From IMG/VR virus record IMGVR_UViG_3300032281_000616, positions 138,206-202,205 of that record: a DNA stretch of 64,000 bases; one strand, 5' to 3'. The first letter of the stretch is position 1. Each line of letters begins with the position of its first letter. Made by a program: the position numbers and the translations under genes. This DNA is from a virus (taxonomy: Duplodnaviria; Caudoviricetes). Shown here in pieces: positions 25,567 through 35,207 of the stretch. The notes beneath the pieces were generated by a model. The model was not told the DNA's origin and did no database searches. It was given only the letters and a program-made list of their open reading frames with translations.

Positions 25567-27432
25567 TTATTTTGTTGTAAGGATTTTACGCAGATCTTCT
25601 CGTGTAATTTTTGTGTTGTATGTTTCAATACTAGACAAAACCCTACCTCGGAAAGAATTTTCCTTCAAAATCTTATTCTTGACCATATTCAATCTAGTCA
25701 ACTTTGATGGATTTTTTCCAATGACCTTGATCAGTCTTTGAGATGGATGGATTCTAAACATCGCACTTTTAACACGATATTCGGCATTCTCCATATCTCT
25801 TTTGGCTTGCTCAATGACATTGAGCTCAGCGCAGCGTTTTGTATATTCTGGTGAGTTAAGCTCAAACCAACCCAGTTCGAGAAGTTGTTCTTTCATCTTC
25901 TTAGAATTACAAACCCAATAAGGATTATTAACACCACACTCAGAAGTCAATCCAATAACGCGCTGTCTAAGGTATGAGATACTATCAATAGATTTTTCCC
26001 ATCCATCTACGATTTCAACACCGTTGAAAGACTTATCAGTTACATGTTCATCCAATTCTTCAGCAGTGAAATTTCTCTTGTGACCATTGAAATACACAAC
26101 ATACCTAACCTCATTAGGATCTTTGGCTAGTTTGGGTAAACCAAGTTTCTTAACGTCTACAAATGTTACATCAGAAACATCCAAGGTATCGGTTGATAAA
26201 ATATCACCTTTATTAAGCATCCAAACAATTTGTGTATTTGGAAACAACCCAGCAATATATTGATCAAGACGCTTCACCCAACCTTTGTATGACTTGATAT
26301 CTGGAATCTGATACACCACATACTTACCTGTCGTTTTATTATGACCATACCCAGTGTGAATATAATCTAGACATTTTTGAATTTTATAAGTATCTGGAAA
26401 AGTATTAGAGAATGAGTATCTGAACCACTCACCTTCATAGTATGAATTATGCTTATTTTCTAAAATCGCTTCCCCAAATTTTGGTGTAACAATCTTGGAT
26501 CGATCTTCATCACTAAGTTGAACTATGGCATCAGTGATTTCATCCAGAACCTTTTTATTGTTTGGAGTATCTTCAATACTTTCACGAGAAATTGGCACAG
26601 TCAATTTACCGATAGGAACATCCACTACAATCTTACCCAGAGGGTTCACAACCTTGATATCGGATCGCATATTGTAAACAATCCCACCCATACGAATGGC
26701 TACATAATCAGGAGATGTCCAAAATGTGCTTTGGTATAAGTTGATGGTATAGTCCCCGATATCCTTAGTTAGGAGAGGTTGAATAGGAGTATGTTCAACA
26801 TCATATTGATCTGTAAATTTAATATTTGCATTCGGTAGAAAGCGTTCCACGAAAGATGCTGATTCTGTAGAGAAATTGTAGTAGTTTTTGTTTACATCTA
26901 GTGATACCTCCAAACCCGATTCTGTTGTCGGTTCTGGATCTGATACACGATAGATTTCTCCTACAGATAAACCATTGTCACCAGCACCGAGAATACAAGC
27001 GTATTGAGTTTTTAATCCTTCATGATATGAGGTGATGTAGAATGAATCCGAGACAGCAAATGGTGACAATGCACCTACACCAAATCCACCGACTTGGTTA
27101 TTATTGTTTCTCTTATCAGATCCACCATACATACCATAAATGGTTCTGATAGACTCCTCACTAAGTCCCTTAGCGAAGTCCCTAGAACTCCACACATATT
27201 GACCATTGACATTCTCAAGCTTAACCTCTACAGCTTTGTCGATACCATACTTGATATGTTCATCCTGAGAGTTTGTGATAGTCTCACGGATACATGCGAG
27301 GGTTTTATTGGAGTAAATCTTATCGCGTAAAAATCCAGCGATCATATCTTCAGCACCCGAAGCTACTCCCATTTTTGAAACGTTCATGTCTTCCGATGCT
27401 ATGGTGGGTGAATTCTTAAAGTTTAATTTCAT
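25567..27432 (-). CDS. rIIA: rIIA-like protein (GHKL ATPase N-terminus)
   Basis: LRDKIYSNKTLACIRETITNSQDEH, RDFAKGL, GGFGVG. Confidence 0.85.
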   Translation of the reverse strand: MKLNFKNSPTIASEDMNVSKMGVASGAEDMIAGFLRDKIYSNKTLACIRETITNSQDEHIKYGIDKAVEVKLENVNGQYVWSSRDFAKGLSEESIRTIYGMYGGSDKRNNNNQVGGFGVGALSPFAVSDSFYITSYHEGLKTQYACILGAGDNGLSVGEIYRVSDPEPTTESGLEVSLDVNKNYYNFSTESASFVERFLPNANIKFTDQYDVEHTPIQPLLTKDIGDYTINLYQSTFWTSPDYVAIRMGGIVYNMRSDIKVVNPLGKIVVDVPIGKLTVPISRESIEDTPNNKKVLDEITDAIVQLSDEDRSKIVTPKFGEAILENKHNSYYEGEWFRYSFSNTFPDTYKIQKCLDYIHTGYGHNKTTGKYVVYQIPDIKSYKGWVKRLDQYIAGLFPNTQIVWMLNKGDILSTDTLDVSDVTFVDVKKLGLPKLAKDPNEVRYVVYFNGHKRNFTAEELDEHVTDKSFNGVEIVDGWEKSIDSISYLRQRVIGLTSECGVNNPYWVCNSKKMKEQLLELGWFELNSPEYTKRCAELNVIEQAKRDMENAEYRVKSAMFRIHPSQRLIKVIGKNPSKLTRLNMVKNKILKENSFRGRVLSSIETYNTKITREDLRKILTTK

Positions 27433-27491
27433 ATCAGCAGTGTAGTTTAGTGTTTAATCAAAAAAATTCTTCTTAAGAGATAAATAATAAT

Positions 27492-28472
27492 ATGACAAAA
27501 GAATGTAGTAAATGTAAAATAGTTAAGGATGTTTCTGAATTCGGTATTTGTAAACTAGTAAAGAGTGGGTTATATCCATCATGTAATCCATGTAGGAGAA
27601 AGTTAGCTAAAGAAGCTACAATATTAAAAAAATTAAAAAAGGAGGAGGAACTCAAACATAATCCACCAGCACCAAAGATAGGTAAAAACTGTTCCAAATG
27701 TAAAGAATTCAAATTATACAGTTTTTTTGTAGTTAATAATTCAGCAAAAGATGGAAAATCTTCTAGATGTAAAGCCTGTAAAAAAAATGAAAGAATCGAT
27801 AATAGAGAATATATAAATAAACAGAATAAAGAATACTACAAAAGGGTTAAACACACAGATCGTTACAGGGAAGCTTATGATGTATATTATAAAAAAAATT
27901 CAACAGCCATCAAAAAAAGAGTGAAGGATCATTATCAAAGAAATAAAGAAACGATGTCTAAAAAGGCGAACGTTAGGAAAAGTAGAAGATATCATTCAGA
28001 TAATAACTTCAATCTTTTGTGTAAAATACGAGCAATGATTATAAGAACAATCAAAGGCAGAAAATGCAAATCTGTTTACTATGTCGGGGTGAATACACCA
28101 GAAGAGTTTTTAAATATCATGAATTCTAAGTGTAACAATCCGAATTGGATTTCTGATAAGTATCAGATAGATCATATATGGCAAGTTCATTGGTTCACAG
28201 ACGCTCTAGAAAAAGACCCAGAGAATGTTTCTAAGATAATACACAACCACAAAAATCTAAGACCGATACCAGCATCAGAAAACATCAATAGGGACAAATA
28301 CGATTATACTAGTTTGTGTATCGAAGATTTTGAAATATATAAACCATACATAAATAAAAACATCCTAATCCAGATATCCGATCACTTCTCCATATCACCT
28401 GCCCCAGCAGCTACTCCCATCTTAGATACAGACATATCTTCAGATGCAATAGTTGGTGAATTTTTGAATTGA
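27492..28472 (+). mobile_element. HNH-type homing endonuclease
   Basis: CSKC/CKAC Zn knuckles; YQIDHIWQ...HNHKNLRPIPASENIN. Confidence 0.75.
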
Positions 28473-28480
28473 AGTTTCAT
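28382..28480 (-). pseudogene. displaced duplicate of rIIA 5' end (32 aa) with its own promoter motif
   Basis: MKLQFKNSPTIASEDMSVSKMGVAAGAGDM vs rIIA MKLNFKNSPTIASEDMNVSKMGVASGAEDM. Confidence 0.8.
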
Positions 28481-28507
28481 ATTGTGATGTAATTATATCT
28501 TAGTGTT

Positions 28508-28774
28508 TTAACTATAAAATTTAACGCCCATGTAACCATTTTTCACCATGAAAGATCTAATGATATCCATAGCTTTTCCATAATCCTTTCCCCACATAGG
28601 AGGAAAGCATATATTATCAATTTCATCTACCAAATCCTCATGGTAAAAATCATCACTTGTTCCATTAAAATTGATGGCATTAGTCTTGAAGAAAATTCGA
28701 TGACATTCGCTCCATGAAAGACGCCATTCTTTAACAGCGTAATCGAATAGTGTTGTATATTTGAGTCTTTTCAT
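28508..28774 (-). CDS. hypothetical protein
   Basis: ORF; stop overlaps motif. Confidence 0.65.
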   Translation of the reverse strand: MKRLKYTTLFDYAVKEWRLSWSECHRIFFKTNAINFNGTSDDFYHEDLVDEIDNICFPPMWGKDYGKAMDIIRSFMVKNGYMGVKFYS

Positions 28775-29088
28775 TGTTCGAAATCATCCCAATTAATAGA
28801 GTCCAGATCAATATCCTCTTCAGGAGGATAAATTGGTTCGTATGAAGTCACTGTAGTAACCTTGGTTACTTTCTTCACTGGTCTTGGTGTATAGGAATCT
28901 TTTTGATAACCCTTACCTTTGTGACAATCTTCTAATAGTCGATTATTTAACCAATTTACAGCATAGTAATCGTTTCCTACTTTATGATATGATGTGTGCC
29001 ATTCATTGCCAGAACCATCGTATTCTATGTCAGAGTGATCAATCTCTGGGTGATCTTTCAACCACATATTTAATTCTATTTTATTCAT
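28771..29088 (-). CDS. hypothetical protein
   Basis: ORF. Confidence 0.65.
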   Translation of the reverse strand: MNKIELNMWLKDHPEIDHSDIEYDGSGNEWHTSYHKVGNDYYAVNWLNNRLLEDCHKGKGYQKDSYTPRPVKKVTKVTTVTSYEPIYPPEEDIDLDSINWDDFEQ

Positions 29089-29279
29089 TATATTAAATCT
29101 TTATGTTCTTGAAATAATTTCTCTAGTTCGCTTCTCAGGGGATCATCGATATTCATCTCTTCAGAATGTATATCATAGTATATTGTATAAGTCCAATGGT
29201 TTTCATCGTATCTATGGACTTCCATATCATCTATCGTAAGGTGATAGATTACTTCTTTTCTAATATTTTTAAGATTCAT
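29088..29279 (-). CDS. hypothetical protein
   Basis: ORF. Confidence 0.6.
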   Translation of the reverse strand: MNLKNIRKEVIYHLTIDDMEVHRYDENHWTYTIYYDIHSEEMNIDDPLRSELEKLFQEHKDLI

Positions 29280-29282
29280 GAC

Positions 29283-29585
29283 TCAGTATAACATTTCCGA
29301 ATAAAGTGTATACCCATCTCCGCTTCCATGATCGGGAAATCTCATTTGTCCATTTTTTTCTGCAATAATATAAGCTTCTTCACGAGAAACCCATTCTCTT
29401 AGTTGAGTTATAAAACCCTGATCAAAATCTCGAAATCTTTCTGATTCCAATCTCTGAGAACGCATTACATCATCCCAATGTCTAGGTCCACATATAATTC
29501 TACCAGTTTTCTTGTTTTTATTTGCAGCACAAACAATCCAAGGATCGGGTTTAATTAGACCATTTTCAGTCCAGTAATCACTCAT
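29283..29585 (-). CDS. conserved phage hypothetical protein
   Basis: IVCAA...GPRH...QGFI...VSREEA...LYSEMLY pattern. Confidence 0.7.
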   Translation of the reverse strand: MSDYWTENGLIKPDPWIVCAANKNKKTGRIICGPRHWDDVMRSQRLESERFRDFDQGFITQLREWVSREEAYIIAEKNGQMRFPDHGSGDGYTLYSEMLY

Positions 29586-29588
29586 TTC

Positions 29589-29669
29589 CTAAAAAAAAGA
29601 TAAAATCGATTCCTTAAAAACATACCATACACCATAAACAGCGTATTTAATTTTTCTTACTACTTTCAT
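29589..29669 (-). CDS. 26-aa peptide
   Basis: MKVVRKIKYAVYGVWYVFKESILSFF; 8 nt after motif -10. Confidence 0.35.
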   Translation of the reverse strand: MKVVRKIKYAVYGVWYVFKESILSFF

Positions 29670-29706
29670 ATGAAAGTAATATACGCTAGTGTTTAATAAC
29701 TAAGTC

Positions 29707-29961
29707 TCACAGATTGGCATCCGTTACTAGAGGTGGATTAACAATTGGATAAAATGGTATCCAAATGGGCATCTCTATAGCTTTATCTAAAGGGTTAGAG
29801 TCTCTATTTGTATCTTCGTATGGGGAACATTCTTCGAGTGAATGTTTCTTCGATACGACTTCTTTAGCTGAGTCTATAATATCTTTAGACGAGTATATGT
29901 CTTCTTTCAAATTAGAAGAAGATAAAAACATTAGTAACCTAAAGATAATTAAACTCTTCAT
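29707..29961 (-). CDS. hypothetical protein with hydrophobic N-terminus
   Basis: ATGA-coupled to PEP-CTERM gene. Confidence 0.5.
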   Translation of the reverse strand: MKSLIIFRLLMFLSSSNLKEDIYSSKDIIDSAKEVVSKKHSLEECSPYEDTNRDSNPLDKAIEMPIWIPFYPIVNPPLVTDANL

Positions 29962-30392
29962 TTTCTACGTTTGAGTAACAATAGAGTTCCTAATACACCA
30001 CATAAAAAGGTAGTAGGTTCTGGAACACAAGATGGACTCCATACCGAATCTTTGAATACCTTCTTACCATTATCTATTTCAACCTTTTGCATTTCTGGTG
30101 CATTATCTGAATAAAAGCCAAATATCAGATACTCCTCTTTCTTATACTTGATATCATCAAATTCTATGTAATCTTTACCGTATTCTAATTCGTATCGGTA
30201 ATTTGTATATAGATCATATAGATCACATGAATCACATAGGTCTAAAGTAATTGTGTCAATATCCCTCTTATCAATCGATGCATCTACGATATATTCGTAA
30301 TGGTATTTCGAACCATCAAATCCAACTGTGGAAGTGATATAAGATTGAGCTTGAGCCAAGCTAATCATCATTATTGCTAATAGTATCTTCAT
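29958..30392 (-). CDS. secreted PEP-CTERM sorting-domain protein (start MKILLAIMM)
   Basis: signal peptide; C-terminal VPEPTTFLCGVLGTLLLLKRRK; TATAAATA 5 nt upstream. Confidence 0.85.
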   Translation of the reverse strand: MKILLAIMMISLAQAQSYITSTVGFDGSKYHYEYIVDASIDKRDIDTITLDLCDSCDLYDLYTNYRYELEYGKDYIEFDDIKYKKEEYLIFGFYSDNAPEMQKVEIDNGKKVFKDSVWSPSCVPEPTTFLCGVLGTLLLLKRRK

Positions 30393-30400
30393 ATTGTTAT

Positions 30401-30865
30401 TTATAAAATCCAGTCTGGTTTTTCTCGGTTTGTCCATTTAAACAAATGTTTTTTTTCATTCAAATAATACGACCTGTAACTCGTTACAGGATCTTCTGTT
30501 TTATATTGGTCCGGCATAGCCAAAGCAAAAGGCGTCATTCCAACTTTAGGAAAAGATAATAGGTGTCTATTTTCTTCAACCCATTTGAGCAGAAGAGAAC
30601 TTTTATGAACCTTATCGTATCGAATGATATTTTCTACACTTAAAGCCATTATATAGTCGATAACATATTGAAAGTTATCTTTTGATGTTCTTGTAAAAAT
30701 GGCACAAGGATGATTTTGATGAGTGCAAGCGTATGGTGCTTTTACACCTTGTAGGTGAAAAGTTGTGCATATCAATTGTGTCGCCTCTAATAACATTTTC
30801 ATGTGTCTATCCACATGATAAGATGCTGATTTTTCTAAACAATCATCTAAAATAAACAAATTCAT
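30401..30865 (-). CDS. pyrimidine-dimer DNA glycosylase / DenV-like protein
   Basis: MNLFILD...HVDRHMKMLLEATQL...THQNHPC...YRSYY. Confidence 0.75.
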   Translation of the reverse strand: MNLFILDDCLEKSASYHVDRHMKMLLEATQLICTTFHLQGVKAPYACTHQNHPCAIFTRTSKDNFQYVIDYIMALSVENIIRYDKVHKSSLLLKWVEENRHLLSFPKVGMTPFALAMPDQYKTEDPVTSYRSYYLNEKKHLFKWTNREKPDWIL

Positions 30866-30872
30866 GAATAAA

Positions 30873-31244
30873 TTATTCTTTAGTATATAATAGTTCTGAA
30901 TGTTCGTGTATATTTCCAATCACAACATTGTGTTCTTGAGCCATAGATATCCATTTAGCATCTTCGTTATCGTATTCTAAAGGACTCACATAATAAATAC
31001 CAAAAGTATCAAATCCAACAACTCCCACACTTGGACCATAATTTAGATCGATGCTCGACACAACATCACCTTCATAAATCTCTTTACCATTCTTATCCTT
31101 TAGACCAGTGTATTGTTGAATGTTACCGTGTTCAACATCATTGATGATGTCCCAAAATTTATAATTATCGAATCCAGCATCGTGATCGTAATACATGAAT
31201 TTTTCATTATCTAAATCATAAACCCTAACTTTAAATTCTCTCAT
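30873..31244 (-). CDS. YopX-family protein
   Basis: REFKVRVYD...QQYTGLKDKNGKEIYEGD...VIGNIHE. Confidence 0.88.
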   Translation of the reverse strand: MREFKVRVYDLDNEKFMYYDHDAGFDNYKFWDIINDVEHGNIQQYTGLKDKNGKEIYEGDVVSSIDLNYGPSVGVVGFDTFGIYYVSPLEYDNEDAKWISMAQEHNVVIGNIHEHSELLYTKE

Positions 31245-31265
31245 GTGTGTATTATTCTTTAGTGT

Positions 31266-31607
31266 TTAATGTTTACTATTCTTCCAAACAGTATCAAATT
31301 CTTTTTGACTCATCCACCAAATATGTTCAATTTCTGGATTACCCGGATTGGTTTCGTTTGTCCAAATAGAATATCCATCACCATTTAAGATTAACAGATA
31401 TGGATAACCTTCTGGAGGATTTTCTAAAGAATATTCTTCAGAATGACATAATTGACAACCTTCACCATCGGACCACGACCACTCACATTGATAAAATTCT
31501 GGAAGAGGACTGTCTTCGTAGAATAGACTTCTATCTGTTTTGATACAAAGAATATACTCTCCATCTTTTGGGAGACTTTGTTTTGTCGATTTAAATTCTA
31601 GTTTCAT
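31266..31607 (-). CDS. hypothetical protein
   Basis: ORF. Confidence 0.65.
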   Translation of the reverse strand: MKLEFKSTKQSLPKDGEYILCIKTDRSLFYEDSPLPEFYQCEWSWSDGEGCQLCHSEEYSLENPPEGYPYLLILNGDGYSIWTNETNPGNPEIEHIWWMSQKEFDTVWKNSKH

Positions 31608-31608
31608 A

Positions 31609-31827
31609 TTATCGTTTAATAGCTTCGTTGATGATTTTCAAATCTGATACTGAAATACAAAATGTTGAGAGATTACCTTTGCATTCTTTCGAATGAAATG
31701 ATACACCGGGATCATAAGCATGGACTACAAACCCTAAAGATTCCATAGGCTCAAATAAAGCATACCACTCATTCAATGCTTGAAATATTGGTTTGTATTC
31801 CCCATCTGGTGTTCTCATCGTTTCCAT
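31609..31827 (-). CDS. hypothetical protein
   Basis: ORF plus motif. Confidence 0.65.
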   Translation of the reverse strand: METMRTPDGEYKPIFQALNEWYALFEPMESLGFVVHAYDPGVSFHSKECKGNLSTFCISVSDLKIINEAIKR

Positions 31828-31848
31828 GACAATATAATATTTTAGTGT

Positions 31849-32052
31849 TTAATCATCAGCTTTTATCCTAAGCTCATAATCATTTTTATCTAAATGTTTT
31901 TGAACAATAGAAACTACTTCGATTGCTAATGGTGTGACTCCGATATCTGTAACTTGTTTTTTGTTTCTTAATATCACACCTGATATATCATCAACCATAT
32001 CCATTGTCCAATCTACATCTATTGGTAATAATTTGGTTCGTATATCAATCAT
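31849..32052 (-). CDS. hypothetical protein (start MIDIRTK)
   Basis: ORF; stop overlaps motif. Confidence 0.55.
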   Translation of the reverse strand: MIDIRTKLLPIDVDWTMDMVDDISGVILRNKKQVTDIGVTPLAIEVVSIVQKHLDKNDYELRIKADD

Positions 32053-32737
32053 TAATTTCTGTATCTGGTAGTTTCCAATTCTTAAGTTCCTTTTCATTGA
32101 GAGAACGAATATGCTTCGCATCAATGAAACGCTTCACATTTTTATTATTCTCTTTAATGGTATACTTGATATAATTATAACCTCTTTTAAAGGGACTATA
32201 TTTTCCATCAAGTTCCCACCAAGTATCAATACCCATATCGGTTGATGCTTTGAAAAATAATCCTTTATCTTTGAAGACAACAAATCCCTCATTGAAAGTC
32301 ACGCGAGTCTTTGGATCTCTGATTCTACCCGAAAACCATCTAGATTTACTACGCTCACAAAGAATACCATTATGAACATAAAATCCACTCACTTCTTGAG
32401 CCCCCCAAAAACCATTAGAATAAATCTTACCATCCTGTTCGAAAGTATGGAGTTCAACCTTCCACTTCATACTCTCCTCATGTCCAACCTTCTTAACAAT
32501 TTCGGAATAGACATCATCCCATTTTTTTCCAAGATTCATTCGAAGAAATCGATCAAATGCATTAGAAAAATATTTACCCCGATAAACCAAGTTACTCTTT
32601 CCTTTAGATGGAAGTTCATCCAATCGGTCTTCATCTTTGATCTGATGAATTTTAGGATTCTTTTTGATCATATCGAAATCATAGCGCGATTGATCACCTT
32701 TCAAAAAGTCTTTCTTCTTATGTTTATCGGGGCGCAT
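32045..32737 (-). CDS. hypothetical protein
   Basis: ORF plus motif. Confidence 0.75.
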   Translation of the reverse strand: MRPDKHKKKDFLKGDQSRYDFDMIKKNPKIHQIKDEDRLDELPSKGKSNLVYRGKYFSNAFDRFLRMNLGKKWDDVYSEIVKKVGHEESMKWKVELHTFEQDGKIYSNGFWGAQEVSGFYVHNGILCERSKSRWFSGRIRDPKTRVTFNEGFVVFKDKGLFFKASTDMGIDTWWELDGKYSPFKRGYNYIKYTIKENNKNVKRFIDAKHIRSLNEKELKNWKLPDTEIND

Positions 32738-32762
32738 ATTGATATTATAGCTTAGTGTTTTA

Positions 32763-33092
32763 TCAAAATTCTATGTAAGCGTAATTGTTTGTTATTTTCC
32801 TCTTCTTTGCTGTTTCTGATATATCTCTTAGATACTTCACACATACATTATCATTAGGGAATCCTGTTATACCTTGAAGAACAATCTCACCGTTTTCTGA
32901 TACTTTACCGAAGCACATTAATTCAGGATGTTCATATAACATCACCGTTATTTTACTGGTATTTGGTTCTAGTTGAAGGTTACATCCTTCTCCACACGAT
33001 TCACTTAAATGATAATAATCGACAGCATCAAAATTAGCCCACCCATCAATAAAATGAGATTTCTTAACATTTAAAATATCAAAGTTTTTCAT
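32763..33092 (-). CDS. hypothetical protein
   Basis: ORF. Confidence 0.65.
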   Translation of the reverse strand: MKNFDILNVKKSHFIDGWANFDAVDYYHLSESCGEGCNLQLEPNTSKITVMLYEHPELMCFGKVSENGEIVLQGITGFPNDNVCVKYLRDISETAKKRKITNNYAYIEF

Positions 33093-33104
33093 GGATGGGT
33101 ATAT

Positions 33105-33135
33105 GGGGTGAATCTATTGATTATAGATTCACCCC
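33105..33135. terminator. 13-bp perfect hairpin
   Basis: GGGGTGAATCTAT-tgatt-ATAGATTCACCCC. Confidence 0.55.
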
Positions 33136-33143
33136 TCCTAAAA

Positions 33144-33407
33144 TTAGAAACTATGAAACTTAGAATTCCTAAGCTCAATACATAGATCACGAGTATCTAC
33201 ATTAACCCACTCAGCCAAATGCTGATTCTTACGGATTAGAACTCTATTCATACCACCAACCAATCGAAAACTTGAGTCTGGGTTTCGTTCCACTGTAATA
33301 TTATACAGTTTACGTGTCTTGAGTTGATCTGGATTTCGCATCCAAACCTTATCCTTACGGTTGCTTCTTTTCATTGTATTATTTGTCTTTATTGTTTGTC
33401 TTTTCAT
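33144..33407 (-). CDS. basic hypothetical protein
   Basis: ORF. Confidence 0.6.
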   Translation of the reverse strand: MKRQTIKTNNTMKRSNRKDKVWMRNPDQLKTRKLYNITVERNPDSSFRLVGGMNRVLIRKNQHLAEWVNVDTRDLCIELRNSKFHSF

Positions 33408-33628
33408 AATTCTACGTCTCTTGTTCTTCCCGGACCATTTTCAAGAAAATCTTCGACAGCAACCATATCATCTAAATCAGATAATTTTTGTTTTAGTTTA
33501 TGATTTTCTTTCAATAACTCATCCAAGACCACCTGATCCGGGTTTTGGTCTTTTACTTTATTCACTTCATCTACATGTTTATCAATTTTATTGAACAACA
33601 TTTCCGCTTTTTCCGCTACTTCTTTCAT
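33404..33628 (-). CDS. coiled-coil hypothetical protein
   Basis: ORF; shares xxEDFLExP pattern with next-upstream gene. Confidence 0.6.
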   Translation of the reverse strand: MKEVAEKAEMLFNKIDKHVDEVNKVKDQNPDQVVLDELLKENHKLKQKLSDLDDMVAVEDFLENGPGRTRDVEL

Positions 33629-33882
33629 AAATTCTCAGAAGACCTGATTCTAACACGCCTTCCGCTGGAGTCAATAACCCAGAATGATTTTTGTGGGGAT
33701 TCCAAAAATTCATCAATAGCTATCTCATCCTGTAGATCTTCTATTTCTTCAATTAGATTGTCTACTTCCTTTTTATAGTCTATTGGAGGATAAACTAACT
33801 CAAAGGAGTCGATACTTTTTTCTATATCGAGCTTCTTTTTGAGAAGTTCTTTATATTTCTGCTCGTAATCTTCTTGAAGCAT
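33625..33882 (-). CDS. coiled-coil hypothetical protein
   Basis: ORF. Confidence 0.6.
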   Translation of the reverse strand: MLQEDYEQKYKELLKKKLDIEKSIDSFELVYPPIDYKKEVDNLIEEIEDLQDEIAIDEFLESPQKSFWVIDSSGRRVRIRSSENL

Positions 33883-34541
33883 TAGTGTGTCCTATTGTGG
33901 TCAAGGATGCGTATCGATTTTGTAGACATCACATCTTCAATCTCTGAATACGTCCAAACATCATTCTTATAATCCCAACCAAGATCCAATCCTTTTTGAT
34001 CTGCTGATTCTGGTCTACGTCCTTTATCTTGCATATGAGAATGACCAGACAGCATCCATGAGCCTCTAGCGTCTCCTACCCATATCCTCAATGGAAAATG
34101 ATTCATGATAATCTGCTGTTTACCAATCCAGATTTCTTGATGATTACCAAGAAATACTACATTATTCATGCGAAGAGGATAAATTTCAATATCATCTCTT
34201 CCGAATTGTTTGATCATTTCTTGCTTATAGAGACGATACATTTGTGATTCATGATTACCGAAAAGCATCATGATATTTTGACACTTGATGCTATTCAACC
34301 AACCAATCACTTCTCCATCGGTAGCCGACAGAAAGCTATCTCCAAGAATCCATAAGATTTGATTCTCTCCAACCTTAGCATTGATCTTCTCTCTGACATC
34401 ATTATAAGATTCTTCTGGTGAGTTGTAACCCCTCATCTTCCAAATAGGAACTGGCCAACTTGGATCATGATAATTATGAAAATCTGTAGACCAGAAATGA
34501 TCGTTTCGATTTTCGTATTTGTATTTTAGTATCTTATACAT
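33882..34541 (-). CDS. calcineurin-like metallophosphoesterase
   Basis: STDFH, ILGD, FGNHE, NHFP, GHSH. Confidence 0.85.
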   Translation of the reverse strand: MYKILKYKYENRNDHFWSTDFHNYHDPSWPVPIWKMRGYNSPEESYNDVREKINAKVGENQILWILGDSFLSATDGEVIGWLNSIKCQNIMMLFGNHESQMYRLYKQEMIKQFGRDDIEIYPLRMNNVVFLGNHQEIWIGKQQIIMNHFPLRIWVGDARGSWMLSGHSHMQDKGRRPESADQKGLDLGWDYKNDVWTYSEIEDVMSTKSIRILDHNRTH

Positions 34542-34770
34542 TCTCTATTTCTTTAATGATTTCGTCAATCCCTTGAATGATTGTAACGTTTTCTCCATCC
34601 TCAACAACTAAGCGAGGGACAGATCTAATTTCATGTTTAGTGAAAAAATCCCTGTCCCCAGCCAAGCTATAATCCTTCACCTCTACCTCTAGACCAAGTT
34701 TGGATAGCTTAGATTTAAGCATCGAACATGGTCCACATGAGGGAGATATACATAAGGTATTTTTTTTCAT
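34534..34770 (-). CDS. glutaredoxin/thioredoxin-like protein
   Basis: CGPC, RSVP. Confidence 0.8.
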   Translation of the reverse strand: MKKNTLCISPSCGPCSMLKSKLSKLGLEVEVKDYSLAGDRDFFTKHEIRSVPRLVVEDGENVTIIQGIDEIIKEIENV

Positions 34771-34802
34771 ACCCACAAATGGTAACACACCCAAAGGTGA
34801 AG

Positions 34803-34946
34803 TCAAGGTAAAAATAAACCCACTGTGCTTGAGATAGTCTTATTGTCCACGCGACCTTCGGACAACTCCTGCACTCGTTTGATTACTTTACCCATATCCT
34901 TCTTAGAAGTTGCTCCTAATTCTAGGATTGTGTTCTTAACCATCAT
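34803..34946 (-). CDS. 47-aa protein resembling the C-terminal half of YqeY/GatB
   Basis: ELGATSKKDMGKVIKRVQELSEGRVDNKTISS. Confidence 0.5.
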   Translation of the reverse strand: MMVKNTILELGATSKKDMGKVIKRVQELSEGRVDNKTISSTVGLFLP

Positions 34947-34948
34947 AA

Positions 34949-35185
34949 TCAATTTTCTCCCTCCATTTTATAAATTTCATCCGACAAACTATCATATAAA
35001 TGAATAAGTCTTTTGCTTACACAATTCTCATCATGTTTAATATCACTAATAGAATTCATACTACGATTTCGACAAAATATACAAGTATTTGTTAAATCCC
35101 ACATACCAGATGTTTCAATATAATTGTAATTATTGGATATACTATCAACAACATCTCTCAAATCTTCTAAATCTTGTATGAACAT
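34949..35185 (-). CDS. hypothetical protein
   Basis: ORF plus motif. Confidence 0.6.
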   Translation of the reverse strand: MFIQDLEDLRDVVDSISNNYNYIETSGMWDLTNTCIFCRNRSMNSISDIKHDENCVSKRLIHLYDSLSDEIYKMEGEN

Positions 35186-35207
35186 ACTCGTATTATATCT
35201 TAGTGTT

